Shown: positions 51,101-63,625 of the stretch, one piece after another
Layout of the letters: every line of letters begins with the position of its first letter
Numbering within the stretch: the first letter of the stretch is position 1
NCBI GenBank assembly: GCA_030390025.1
Contig: CM059427.1
Span: forward strand, 186,310,001-186,374,000
Reading direction: 5' to 3'
DNA from: Squalus acanthias
Taxonomy: Eukaryota
DNA: 64,000 nucleotides
Program-made: the position numbers and the translations under genes
The notes under the pieces: model-generated
The model's input: only the letters and a program-made list of their open reading frames with translations
Told to the model about the DNA's origin: nothing
Databases searched by the model: none

Positions 51101-54100
51101 GCCAGCTCCAGCTCACTGTACCAGGTTTTGAGTGGATGAACCACTGGTATTTAACAGGACCATTGGAGGCTGCTCAAGAAATGGCCGGAAAACCTTTTAA
51201 CAGTTACATTTCTGTGGAGCCAGGGGGAGATGGAGTGCTTCTCCTGGCTCCACAATAATACTGTGGCCTGGGTTCGACCCCCACACAAGCCCACGGGTTT
51301 GGCTCCCCAAAGGACCTACCTGTGGGCTGGTTCAGCATCGAAGCTGGCTGGAATTCATCAGGCCCCCACTGGGACACAACGATTGGCGTCTGCAGATCGT
51401 CTGTTCCATTCTAATGAGGGCTGATGCTGAATTTCATCTGGCCCCAGGCCGGCAGGGACCGGCGCTCAAAGCAATCACTTCGCCAACTTGATGCCCATTT
51501 TGGGCCCAAGTTCAATTTGTCACTGTAACTCAGCATGGCGTCACTCTGATATATACTTCTGTTCTGAGCCTGATCCCATCACTCAAACACCACGGACAAA
51601 TGCTCACCTGCAGAGTCAGATATCCATCCGTTACATCGGAGCGGACACTAGCACTAACTGTGCAATGTAAGTCTGAACATCCTTTATTCTAGATTGCGCA
51701 TAGCAAGATCCCACAAACAGCAATGTGGTGTTGACCAGATCATCTGTTTTTTTAGTGATAATTATTAGCCAGGACACCGGGGAGAACTCTTCTTTGAATA
51801 GTGTCATGGGATCTTATGTCCACCTGAGAGGGCAGACGGGGCCTCAGATAAACATCTCATGTGAAAGACAGCACCTCTGACAGTTCATCACTCCCTCAGT
51901 ACTGCACCTCTGACAGTGCATCACTCCCTCAGTACTGCACCTCCGGCAGTGCAGAACTCCCTCAGTACTGCACCTCCGACAGTGCAGAACTCGCTCAGTA
52001 CTGCACCTCCGACAGTGCATCACTCCCTCAGTACTGCACCTCCGGCAGTGCAGAACTCCCTCAGTACTGCACCTCTGACAGTGCAGCACTCCCTCAGTAC
52101 TGCACTAAAATGTCTGCCTGGATTAAGCACTTTGTGATAATGGAACTTGCATTGATATCACATGATTCAAGTTCTCAGGATCTCTCGAAGTGCTTCACAG
52201 TCAATGTAAGTTAACTGATCTTTATTTGTTTTTAGACGCACCACGGAATCTCTCAATTACTTCTCGTGATACGATTAAAGATTCCTCGATCAATTTAAAA
52301 GAAGGGAAATCTGTAGTGATACAGTGCTCTGTCGAGAGCTTCCCAGCTTCTAACCTGACATGGCGACATCTTGGTGTCACAATGAACAGAACAAGTTCCA
52401 GCAACAAGCTGTGGTTGGAGTTTCCTCACGTTACATCCAGGGTCACTGGAGACTATCAGGGCTGTATTTTTTGAATGGAGGCGAGTTGGAGGCGGGACTG
52501 CTGCTTGTCATGTCAATGTCCCGCCTCCATCCTCGCCTGACCATTCAGAGGGATTTTCCCCTGATTGAGCTTGTTAAGCCCGCCCTCTGGAACAGGCTAT
52601 ATTGGACTGGGTACTGTGCAATGAGAAGGGACTAATTAGTAATCTTGTTGTACAGGGACCCTTGGGTCAGAGCGATCATAACATGATCGATTTCTCACTC
52701 GAAATGGAGAGCGAAGAAATTGACTCAGAGACTAAGGTCCTGAATTTAAACAAGGGGAATTATGATGCCATTAGACGGGAACTGAGTAGGTCTGATTGGA
52801 CAATGTTCCTGGGAGGACTGGAGGTAGATAAACAATGGCAAGCATTTAAAGATAGAATGACAAAATTGCAAAAATTGTTTATACCAATCTGGCATAAAAG
52901 GAAATCTAAAAAGGTGACTCAACCGTGGATAACAGGGGAAATTAGAGACAGCATAAAATCCAAAGATAGGGCGTATAAAATAGCCAAAAAAAGCGCCAGA
53001 GCGGAAGATTGGGAACAGTTTAAGATAGAGCAAAGGAGGACAAAGGGCTTAATCAAGAGGGGCAAAATAGCTTACGAAAGCAAGCTGGCGGAAAATATAA
53101 AAACTAACTCCAAAAGCTTTTATAAGTATATCAAGAGGAAAAGACTGGTGAAAACCAAAGTTGGTCCATTGCAGTCAGATACGGGGGAATATATAACGGG
53201 AAATAAGGAAATGGCAGACCAACTAAATGCATACTTTGGGTCAGTCTTTACGAAGGAAGACACAAAAAACCTCCCTGGGATATCGGGAAAAATAGGGACA
53301 TTGGCAAAGGAGGAACTGACGCAAATCAATATCTCTAAGGATATGGTGTTAAGGAAGCTAAAGGGATTGAAGGCGGACAAATCCCCAGGGCCTGATAACA
53401 TGCATCCTAGGGTACTGAAGGAGGTGGCCCTAGAGATAGCGGATGCACTAAGTATGATTTTTCAGAATTCATTAGACTCGGGAACAGTGCCCATGGATTG
53501 GAGGGTAGCTAACGTTACCCCACTATTCAAAAAGGGGGGTAGGGAAAAAGCAGGTAATTATAGACCTATAAGCCTTACATCAGTTGTGGGCAAAATGCTG
53601 GAGTCCATCATTAAGGATGAAATAGCGGAGCACTTAGCAAATGGGGACAGGATAGGACAGAGTCAACATGGATTTACAAAGGGTAAATCGTGCTTGACTA
53701 ATCTATTGGAATTTTTTGAGGGAGTAACTGGTAAAATAGATGGGGGAGAGCCAGTAGATGTGGTGTACCTGGACTTCCAAAAGGCCTTCGATAAGGTCCC
53801 ACATAAAAGATTAGCAGGGAAAATTGAAGCTCATGGGATAAAGGGGAAAGTATTGACATGGATAGAGAACTGGCTGTCAGATAGAAAACAGAGAGTTGGA
53901 ATAAACGGCTCATTTTCTGAATGGCAGGCAGTAACAAGTGGGGTACCACAGGGATCTGTCCTGGGTCCCCAGCTGTTCACAATTTACATTAATGACCTGG
54001 ATCAGGGAGTCGGATGCAGCATTTCCAAATTTGCAGATGACACTAAACTAGGAGGGGGGGTGGGCTCAGAGGAGGAGACCAGGAAGCTCCAGAGCGATTT

Positions 54101-57100
54101 GGACAGACTGGGTGATTGGGCGGATAAATGGCAGATGCACTATAATGTGGACAAGTGCGAAGTTATCCACCTTGGGTGCAGGAACGGGAGGGCAAATTAT
54201 TATTTAAATGGCAATAAATTGGGAGAGGGGGAAGTACAGAGAGACCTGGGTGTTCTTGTACACCAGTCACTGAAGGCGAGCATGCAGGTGCAACAGGCGG
54301 TCAAGAAGGCAAACGGTATGCTGGCCTTCATAGCAAAAGGGTTGGAATACAGGAACAGGGATACCTTGCTGCAGCTGTACAGGGCACTGGTGAGACCACA
54401 CCTCGAGTACTGTGTACAGTTTTGGTCGCCTCATCTGAGGAAAGATGTTCTTGCCATGGAGGGGGTGCAGCGGCGATTCACCAGGCTGATACCAGGAATG
54501 GCGGGATTGACCTATGAGGAGAGACTATGTAGTTTAGGGATGTACACACTGGAGTTTAGAAGATTGAGAGGGGACCTCATAGAAGTGTATAAAATTCTGA
54601 CAGGTCTAGACAGACTAGATGCAGAAGGAATGTTTCCCTTGGCGGGTGAGAACAGAACTAGAGGACATAATTTAAGGATAAGGGCTAAACCATTTAGGAC
54701 AGAAATGAGGGGGAATTTCTTCACTCAGAGGGTGGTGAACCTGTGGAACTCATTGCCACAGAGGGCAGTGTACGCCAGCTCATTAAATATATTTAAGAGG
54801 GAATTAGATATATTTCTACAGGCAAAAGGGGTTAAGGGTTACGGAGAGAAGGCGGGGACGGGATACTGAATTGGAGGATCAGCCATGATCTCATTAAATG
54901 GCGGAGCAGGCTCGAAGGGCCGGATGGCCTACTCCTGCTCCTATCTTCTATGTAATCTATGTAATCTATGTAAGCCACTGACAGATCACGTCAACGTCAG
55001 ATGTGCTATCTGTCAAGACTTATTGAAAGAAGAAATGACAGCGTTTGACAGCTCTGTGAAGCTGTCCAACACTGACATTCGCTTTAGTTTGATGAGGCTT
55101 TGAGGTGAGGACTCATCAAACATTGCAAATTTGTAAATTTCATTTGTCTGATGGATCGGAGGGTCCATCAGCCATTACCTGAAATTGATAAGCAGGATGT
55201 CGGCTCTCCCGATCCTCCGCGCCTAAAGGCTATGGAAGGAAAACAAGGTAAGTGAACATTTTTTAACACTGATCACTCACCTTACATACTTACCACTCCA
55301 CACTTGCACCCATCACTCACCTCTACATCTTACTTCTAGGTGCCTCCGACCCCCGCAGACCTCCTTCACGTCTCCTCCAACCCGACGGGGTCCTCCGAGG
55401 TCGGGAAGCCTTCACCTGTGAAGGTAAAATGGCACTAATCCTTTTGTCTGCCTGTTAACTACCTGTTAACAGGCAGTTAAAAGGATTAAATGCCTTTCCC
55501 GCCTCCAGGAGACGGGACCCGAAGCTGCACATCTTCCTGCCTCCTGGCAAATGGGCACGGAGGCGGGATGGGTGCGGGTTTGCCATCCGCCCCCAATTTC
55601 TCCGAGTTTACCGGCTGTCCCGCTTCCATGCCCGCCTCCTCGGGGCTTGGAAAATCGAGCCCTCAGTGTGTGGCTGAGAATAAACATGGGGCAGTGGAGA
55701 GGGTCATAACCATCACTGTGGAATGTGAGTGTACAGATACCATCACATATGAACATACAAATTAGGAGCAGGAGTAGGCCACTCGGCCCCTCGAGCCTGC
55801 TCCGCCATTCAATAAGATCACGGCTGATCTGATTACTCCACATTCCAGCCTACCCCCGATAACCTTTCACCCCTTTGCTTATCAAGAATCTATCTACCTC
55901 TGCCTTAAAAATATTCAAAGACTCTGCTTCCACCGCCCTCTGAGCAACAGAGTTCCAAAGACTCACGATCCTCTTTGAGAAAAAGTTTCTCCTCATCTCT
56001 GTCTTAAATGGGCGACTCCTTATTTTTAAACAGTGACCCCTAGGGATCTTATATGTTTCAATCAAGTCACCTCTTACCTTTCTAAACTCCAGCGGATACA
56101 AGTCTAGCCTGTCCAACCTTTCCTCATAAGACAACCCGCCCATTCCAGGTATTAGTCTAGTAAACCTTCTCTGAACTGCTTCCAACGCATTTACATCACA
56201 TATACACACACATGCACACATGCACATGCACACAAGCGCACTGACATACAAGCATGCACTGCACCTACATAGACTCACAAACACACACATGGAGGCACAC
56301 ATGCACATGCACGAACACACACACACGCACACACTTACCTCCACACACAAACTTGCATACAGAAGCACAGACCCACACACATGAACACACACATACACAG
56401 GCAGACACACACGCATATGCACAGACAAGCAAAGATGGAATACGGGATCCTTTCCTTTATTAGCTGAGGCACAGAATATAAGAGCAGAGAGGTTATGCTT
56501 GAATTGTATAAAACTCTAGTTAGGCCACAGCTAGGGTACTGCGTATAGTTCTGGTCACCACATTACAGGAAAGATATGATTGCACTCGAGAGGGTACAGA
56601 GGAGATTTACGAGGCTGTTGCCAGGACTGGAGAATTGTAGCTATGGGGAAAGATTGGATAGGAATGGGTTGTTTTCTTTGGAACAGAGGAGGCTGAGGGG
56701 AGACTTGATTGAGGTGTATAAAATTATGATGGACCTAGATAGAATGGATGGGAAGGACCTAGTTCCACGAGCAGAGAGGTCAATAACCAGGGGCCATAGA
56801 TTTAAAGTAATTGGTAGAAGGTTTAGAGGGGAGTTGAGGAGAACATTTTTCACCCAGAGTGTGGTGGGGGTCTGGAACTCACTGCCTGAATGGGTGGTGG
56901 AGGCAGAAACCCTCATCGCATTAAAAAACTACTTGGATATGCACTTAAAGTGTCGTAACCTACAAGGCTACAGACCAAGAGCTGGAAAGTGGGATTAGGC
57001 TGGATAGTTCTTTTTCTACCGGCACAGACATGATGGGTCAAATGGCCTCCTTCTGTGCCGTTAATTTCTATGATTCTATGACACAAAGGCACACATGCAC

Positions 57101-57988
57101 ACACAGAAACACACGAGCACACACACACTTGTGAGTTGCCTGACCTCCCTCAGTACTGCTCTGGAGTGTTGGCCTGGATTCTGGGCTTCGTGTTGAAAAA
57201 CTGCAAACCAGAGATCAACAAGACCCTGGATTGGACGAGCGGTGTCCTACACAACGAATTGTAGGTTTCTCCCTCAGTACTCCATCGTTCCCTCACATTG
57301 CTCAAACAGAGCGCACGTTCCACAAGGGCAAACAAAGCTGAAAGACAGAAAGAAGAAATTTCATTGATATAGCACCTGTCACATCCTCAGCATCTCTGAG
57401 TGTTTCACAGTCAATGCTAACTGGCTGCCATGTTGTCCAGATAGAAACTGACAACACTTCAAAAGCAATTCATTGGCTCTCAGGCCCTTGGGGACATCCT
57501 GAGGATGTGAAGGGCACATTCTTTCTTTCTAGTTGGACAGCGCCTCCACTGGTGACAGTTTACATCGGCAATGTCCATTATAAATGTTGACATAGGAACT
57601 TATAATGGGAAAAGATGCCTAGAAATGCATAAGATACAGAGATATGAAGCCCGGACTTTTGCTGTGCGCTGCGTTTGCTCACAACAATATCTTTATTTGT
57701 CTTTAGACGCACCACGGAATCTCTCAATTACTTCTCTTGATACAATCAAAGATTCATCGATCAATATAAAAGAAGGGAATTTTACTGTGATACTCTGCTC
57801 TGTCGAGAGCTTCCCAGCTTCTAACCTGACATGGCTGCATCTTGATGTCACAATGAATAGAACAAATTTCAACAATGAGCTGTGGTTGGAGTTTCCTCAC
57901 GTTACATCCGGGGTCGCTGGAGACTATCAGTGTGTGGCTGAGAATGAACATGGAGCAGTGGAGAGCGCCATAACCATCACTGTGGCAT
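39084..57988 (+). CDS. Siglec-like (CD22/MAG/CD33-related) receptor gene B, partial; exons 39084-39123, 43771-44139, 46728-47021, 47854-48135, 57707-57988; continues beyond the window
   Basis: All junctions GT-AG and phase 1; spliced frame open: leader, V-set, C2, Ig, Ig. Confidence 0.88.
39258..39775 (-). mobile_element. RTE-clade LINE 3' fragment inserted in an L2 remnant
   Basis: QLRWMGHIVRMPDTRLPKQ.LYSEL..G...GGQRKRFKD, terminal CPTC...SHLRTH zinc finger, (GAA)n tail. Confidence 0.9.
39797..40540 (-). mobile_element. L2 LINE 3' fragment
   Basis: ORF 39914-40366 NSAARVLTRTK...ITPVLTDLHWL...GGRAF..GPKLWNSLP. Confidence 0.9.
42430..42790 (+). mobile_element. Degraded CR1 RT fragment
   Basis: gactggcggacagctaatgtt...tcatgcttgaccaaccttattgaatt. 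Confidence 0.65.
43030..43638 (+). mobile_element. Penelope-like element 3' end (GIY-YIG C-terminus plus terminal repeat with hammerhead motif)
   Basis: LGLLHCSTEAQRKLEEQHLIFRLGTLQPSGLNIEFNNFR*; gttCTGACGAaagttcatcgacctGAAACGTTaact at ~43541-43574. Confidence 0.8.
43771..44139 (+). CDS. Gene B Ig V-set (sialic-acid-binding type) exon
   Basis: cctcag| ... TCTG|gtaagt, 369 nt; GLCAQIPC, GDCSL, D.GPYFFRIE with the Siglec essential Arg. Confidence 0.95.
45088..46168 (+). repeat. (AGAGTTACAC)-type microsatellite, about 1.1 kb
   Basis: 8-10 bp units; abuts the 3' tail of a minus-strand CR1 fragment (~46168-46630). Confidence 0.95.
46728..47021 (+). CDS. Gene B Ig domain-2 (C2-set) exon
   Basis: tgttag| ... 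|gtaagt, 294 nt; CTFNTTC with the extra inter-domain Cys typical of Siglec domain 2. Confidence 0.95.
47225..47725 (-). repeat. 30-bp DeuSINE-derived minisatellite, about 16-17 units
   Basis: ctccctcagtactgcacctctgacagtgcagaa units. Confidence 0.92.
47854..48135 (+). CDS. Gene B Ig exon 3 (module 1)
   Basis: ttttag| ... |gtgagt, 282 nt, open: APRNLSIT...ILCSVESFPASNLMW...GDYQCVAENEHG. Confidence 0.93.
48160..48810 (-). mobile_element. CR1 3' fragment (module 1)
   Basis: ORF 48431-48745; paralogous copies at 55745-56195 and 61855-62510. Confidence 0.85.
48876..49697. mobile_element. Insertion unique to module 1, possibly LTR-derived
   Basis: Absent from the equivalent CA-rich tract near 62570; begins TGTA, ends TACA; no clear TSD. 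Confidence 0.45.
49905..50718 (+). mobile_element. CR1 3' fragment (module 1)
   Basis: ORFs 50128-50636; paralogous copies at 56440-57080 and 62805-63625. Confidence 0.85.
51524..51666 (+). pseudogene. 5'-truncated duplicate of the domain-2 exon
   Basis: VTQHGVTLIYTSVLSLIPSLKHHGQMLTCRVRYPSVTSERTLALTVQ|gtaagt; 5' half and acceptor missing. Confidence 0.9.
51870..52105 (-). repeat. 30-bp DeuSINE-derived minisatellite, about 8 units
   Basis: Position equivalent to the 47225 array in the duplicated intron. Confidence 0.9.
52459..55662. mobile_element. Non-autonomous Harbinger-type element with nested CR1
   Basis: Termini GGGCTGTATTTT / AAAATCGAGCCC, 3-bp TSD TCA (52456-52458, 55663-55665). Confidence 0.85.
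52590..54972 (+). mobile_element. Young 5'-truncated CR1 LINE with uninterrupted 755-aa ORF2 part
   Basis: ORF 52602-54869: end of endonuclease (SDHN), full RT (YLDFQKAFD, FADD); tail of ctatgtaat repeats. Confidence 0.96.
57707..57988 (+). CDS. Gene B Ig exon (module 3)
   Basis: ctttag| ... GGCAT|gtgagt, 282 nt, open frame with both Ig cysteines. Confidence 0.93.
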
Positions 57989-58000
57989 GTGAGTGTACAG

Positions 58001-61000
58001 ATTACTATTTAATTGTCGTGTAATTTGTGGTAATGATTTGATTTAACTTAATTTAAATTAATTAAAGGGTAAGTCATGGCAGCACAGCTCGGCCCCATGG
58101 CATGCTCCTCCTGCACTATGTGGGAAATCAGGGACACTTCCTGTGTCCCTGACGACCATGTGTGCGGGAAATGTATCCAGCTGCAGCTACTGGCAGACCG
58201 CATTGCGGCGCCAGAGCTGCAAATGGATACATAGTGGAGCATTCACGATGCTGAGGATGTCGTGGATAGCACGTTTAATGAGTTGGTCACACCGCAGGTA
58301 AAGGCTGCACAGGCAGGAAGGGAATGAGTGACCGCCAGGCAGAGTAATAGGCGCAGGCAGGTCATGTACGGGTCCCCTGTGGCCATTCCCCTCTCAAACA
58401 GATATACCGCTTTGGATATTGTTGAGGAGGATGGCTTATCGGGGCAAGGCAGCAGCAACCAACTTCCTGGCACCATGGGTGGTTCTGCTGCACAGGACGG
58501 GAGGAAAAAGAGTGGGAGAGCTATAGTGATAGGGGATTCTATTGTAAGGAGAATAGATAGGCGTTTCTGCGGCCGCAAACAAGACTCCAGGATGGTATGT
58601 TGCCTCCCTGGTGCAAGGGTCAAGGATGTCTTGGAGCGGCTGCAGGGCATTCTGGAGGGGGAGGGTGAACCGTCAGTTGTCGTGGTGCATATAGATACCA
58701 ACGATATAGGTAAAAAATGGGATGAGGTCCTAAAAGCTGAATATAAGGAGTTAGGAGGTAAATTAAAAAATAGGACCTCAAAGGTAGTAATCTCAGGATG
58801 GCTACTAGTGCCACGTACTAGTCAGAGTAGAAATGGAAGGATATTTCAGATGAATACGTGGCTAGAAGAATGGTGCAAGGGGGAGGGATTCAAATTCCTG
58901 GGACATTGGAACCGGTTCTGGGGGAGGTGGGACCAGTACAAACTGGACGGTTTGCACCTGAGCAGGACCGGGACCGATGTCCTAGGGGGAGTGTTTTCTA
59001 GTGCTGTTGGGGAGGGTTTAAACTAAAATGGCAGGGGGTTGGGAACCTGTGCAGGGAGACAGAGGAAAGGAAAGCAAGGATAGAAGCAAAAGACAGGAAG
59101 GAGAAAAGCAAAAGTGGAAGGTAGAAAAATCAAGGGTGTAAATCAAACATGGCCACAGTAAACAATAATTCAAAAAGGTCTAAGAGTGTTAAAAAAACAA
59201 GCCTGAAGGCTTTGTGTCTTAATGCGAGGAGCATTCATAATAAGGTGGAAGAATTAGCTGTGCAAATAGATGTAAACGGATATGATATAATTGGGATTAC
59301 GGAGACATGGCTCCAGGGTGACCAAGGCTGGGAATTCAACATCTCGGGGTATTCAATATTCAGGAAGGACAGGCAAAAAGGAAAAGGAGGTGGGGTAGCA
59401 TTGCTGGTTAACGAGGAGATTAACACAATAGTAAGGAAGGATATTAGCTCTGATGATGTGGAATCTGTATGGGTTGAGCTGAGAAATACCAAGGGGCAGA
59501 AAACGTTAGTGGGAGTTGTATACAGACCCCCAAACAGTAATGCTGAGGTTGGGGATGGCATTAAATGGGAAATTAGAAATGCGTGCAATAAGGGCACAGC
59601 AGTTATCATGGGTGACTTTAATCTACATAAAGATTGGGCTAACCAAATTAGTAACAATACTGTGGAAGAGGAATTCCTAGAGTGTATACGGGATGGTTTC
59701 CTGGAACAATATGTTGAGGAACCAACTAGAGATCAGGCCATCTTAGACTGGGTATTATGTAATGAGAAAGGATTAATTAGCAATCTTGTTGTGCGAGGTG
59801 GCCCCTTGGGGAGGAGCGATCATAATATGATAGAATTCTTCATTAAGATGGAGAGTGAAGTAATAGTTGACTCAGAGACGAGGGTCCTGAATTTAGATAA
59901 AGGAAAGTACGATGGTATGAGGCGCGAGTTGGCTAGGATGGATTGTGGAATGTTACTTAAAGGGTTGATGGTGGATAGGCAATGGCAATCATTTAAAGAT
60001 CGCATGGATGAACTACAGAATTTTTTCATCCCTGTTTAGCATAAAAATAAAACAAAAAAGGTGACTCAACCGTGGCTAACAAGGGAAGTTAGGGATAGCA
60101 TAAGATCCAAGGAGAGGACATATACATTGGCCAGAAAAAGCAGCAAACCTGAGGATTGGGAGCAGTTTAGGATTCAGCAAAGGAGGACAAAGGGATTAAT
60201 TAAGAGGGGGGAAATAGAGTATGAGAGTAAGCTTGCAGGGAACATAAAAACTGATTATAAAAGCTTCTATAGAAATGTGAAGAGAAAAAGATTGGTGAAG
60301 TCAAGCGTAGGTCCCTTAGAGTCAGAATCAGGGGAATTTATAATGGGGAACAAAGAAATGGCAGACCAATTAAATACATACTTTTGTTCTAGCTAATGTA
60401 ACTAATGTAACCCCACTATTTAAAAAAGGTGGTGGAGCGAAAACGGGGAATTATAGACCGGTAAGCCTGACATTGGTAGTGGGGAAAATGCTGGAGTCCA
60501 TTATAAAAGATGTAATAGCACAGCACTTGGAAAACAGTGACAGGATCGGATAAAGTCAACATGGATTTACAAAAGGTAAATCATGCTTGACTAATCTGCT
60601 GGAATTTTTTGAGGATGTAACTGGTAGAATAGATAAGGGAGAACCAGTGGATGTGGTGTATTTGGACTTTCAGAAGGCTTTTGATAAGGTCCCACATAAG
60701 AGATTGGCATGCAAAGTTAAAGCACATGGGATTGGGGGTAAGGTACTGACTTGGATAGACAACTGGTTGGCAGACAGGAAGCAAAGAGTTGGAATAAACG
60801 GGTCTTTTTCTGAGTGGCAGGCAGTGACTAGTGGGATACCGCAGGGATCGGTGCTAGGACCCCAGCTATTCACAATATATATTAATGATCTAGACGAGGG
60901 AACTAGATGTAATATCTCCAAGTTTGCAGATGACACAAAGCTGGGTGGACGTGTGTGCTGTGAGGAGGATGCAGAGAAACTCCAGTATGATTTGGACAGG

Positions 61001-61852
61001 TTGGGTGATTGGGCAGATGCATGGCAGATGCAGTATAATGTGGATAAATGCGAGGTTATCCACTTTAGTGGCAAAAACAGGAAGGCAGATTATTATCTGA
61101 ATGGCAATAGATTGGGAAAAGGGGAAGTGCAGCGAGACCTGGGTGTCCTTGTGCACCAGTCGCTCAAGGTAAGCATGCAGGTGCAGCAGGCGGTTAAGAA
61201 GGCAAATGGTATGTTGGCCTTCATAGCGAGAGGATTCGCGTACAGGAGCAAGGATGTCTTGCTGCAGTTGTACAGGGCCTTGGTGAGACCACACCTTGAG
61301 TATTGTGTGCAGTTTTGGTCACGTTATCTGAGGAAGGATGTTCTTGTCATGGAGGGAGTGCAGCGAAGATTCACCAGACTGATACCTGGGATAGCAGGAA
61401 TGAGATATGAAGAGAGATTGGGTCGATTAGGCTTATATTCACTAGAGCTTAGAAGAATGAGAGGGGATCTCATTGAAACTTATAAAATTCTAACAGAACT
61501 AGACAGACTAGATGCAAGAAGGCTGTTCCCGATGGCGGGTGAGTCCATAACCAGGGGTCACAGTCTAAGGGTAAGGGGTAAGCCATTTAGGAATGAGATG
61601 AGGAATTTCTTCACCCAGAGAGTGGTGAACTTGTGGAATTCTCTACCACAGAAGGCAGTTGAGGCCAATTCATTAAATGTATTCAAGAAGGAGTTAGATA
61701 TATTTCTTAAGGCTAAGGGGATCAAGGGATATGGGGAGAAAGCAGGGACAGGGTACTGAATTTGGATGATCAGCCATGATCGCATTAAATGGCGGAACAG
61801 GCTCGAGGGGCCGAATGGCCTACTCCTGCTCCTATCTTCTATGTTTCTATAT
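58001..61852 (+). mobile_element. Near full-length CR1 LINE, inactivated
   Basis: ORF1 from ATG 58076 (CSSC..CGKC finger, SGNH/GDSL esterase IGDSIVR...DGLHL) with stops; ORF2 endonuclease 59149-60039, internal deletion near 60390, RT 60587-61759; ctatgttt tail. Confidence 0.96.
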
Positions 61853-61854
61853 GA

Positions 61855-62510
61855 ACATATATACGAACATTAGGAGCAGGAGTAGGCCACTCGGCCCCTC
61901 GAGCCTGCTCCGCCATTCAATAAGATCATGGCTGATCTGATTACTCCACATTCCCTCCTACCCCCGATAACCTTTCACCCCCTTGCTTATCAAGAATCAA
62001 TCTACCTCTGCCTTAAAAGTATTCAAAGACTTTGCTTCTACCACCCTCTGAGCAGGAGAGTTCCAAAGACTCATGACCCTCTTTGAGAAAAAGTTTCTCC
62101 TCATCTCTGTCTTAAATGGGCGACCCCTTACTTTTAAACAGTGACCCCAAGTTCAAGATTCTCGCACAAGAGGAAACATCCTCTCCACATCCACCCTGTC
62201 AAGACCGCTCAGGATCTTATATGTTTAATCAAGTCACCTCTTACTCTTCCAAACTCCAGCGGATACAAGTCTAGCCTGTCCAACCTTTCCTCATAAGACA
62301 ACCCGTCCATTCCAGGTATTAGTCTATTAAACCGTCTCTGAACTGCTTCCAATGCATTTACATCCTTCCTTAAATAAGGAGACCAATACTGTACACAGTA
62401 CTCCAGATGTGGTCTCACCAATGCCCTGTATAACTGAAGCATAACCTCCCTAATTTTGTATTCAATTCCTCTCGCAATAAACAAAAACATTCTATTTGCT
62501 TTCCTAATGA
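61855..62510 (-). mobile_element. CR1 3' fragment (module 3)
   Basis: Nearly identical to 48160-48810. Confidence 0.85.
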
Positions 62511-62804
62511 CATCTCTCACAAACACGCACACACAGACTCACACATGCACATGCACGCCTCACACATACACAAACATGCACACATGCACATGCACACAAG
62601 CGCACTGACACACAAGCACGCACGCACCTACATAGACTCACAAACCCACACATGGAGGCACACATGCACATGAACGAACACACACACACGCACACACTTA
62701 CCTCCACACACAAACTCGCATACAGAAACACAGACCCACACACATGCACACACACATGCACACACATACACAGGCAGACACACGAGCACGTGCAGAAATA
62801 CACA

Positions 62805-63625
62805 AAGATGGAATTCAATCCGGAGAAGTGTGCGGTAATGCATTTGGGGAGGGCTATCAAGACAAGGGAATACACAATAAATTGTAGGCTACTGAGAAGT
62901 GTAGATGATCAGAGGGACCTTGGAGTGCATGACCACAGATCCCCGAAGGTAGCAGGACAGGTAGATAAGGTGGTTAAGAAGGCATACGGGATACTTTCTT
63001 TTATTAGCTGAGGCACAGAATAGAAGAGCAGGGGGGGTTATGCTTGAACTGTATAAAACTCTAGTTAGGCCACAGCTAGGGTACTGCGTACAGTTCTGGT
63101 CACCACATGACAGGAAAGATATGATTGCACTAGAGAGGGTACAGAGGAGATTTATGAAGTTGTTACCAGGACTGCAGAATATTAGCTATGAGGAAAGATT
63201 GGATAGGCTGGGATGGTTTTCTTTGGAACAGAGGAGGCTGAGGGGGGACTTGATTGAGGTGTATAAAATTATGATGGGCCGAGATAGAATGGATGGGAAG
63301 GACCTAGTTCCACGAGCAGAGAGGTCAATAGCCAGGGGGCATAGATTTAAATTAATTGGTAGAAGGATTAGAAGGGAGTTGAAGAGAATATTTTTCACCC
63401 AGAGCATGGTGGGGGTCTGGAACTCACTGCCTGAATGGGTGGTAGAGGCAGAAACCCTCATCGCATTAAAAAACGACATGGATATGCACTTAAAGTGCCG
63501 TAACCTGCAAGGCTACGCACCAAGAGCTGGAAAGTGGGATTAGGCTGGATAGTTCTTTTTCGACCGGCACAGACATGATGGGTCGAATGGCCTCCTTCTG
63601 TGCCGTTAATTTCTATGATTCTATG
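62805..63625 (+). mobile_element. CR1 3' fragment (module 3)
   Basis: ORFs 62652-63543; nearly identical to 49905-50718. Confidence 0.85.

Larger units (their letters stand above)
52236..55724 (+). pseudogene. Gene B Ig exon (module 2) split by a transposon: 52236-52458 plus 55666-55724
   Basis: The two parts sum to 282 nt and rejoin as GDYQCVAENKHG; acceptor and donor are both intact. Confidence 0.92.

Noticed and set aside
58328-59026. Host SGNH esterase gene
   Set aside because: It is the esterase domain of CR1 ORF1, directly upstream of ORF2, with in-frame stops 5' of it.
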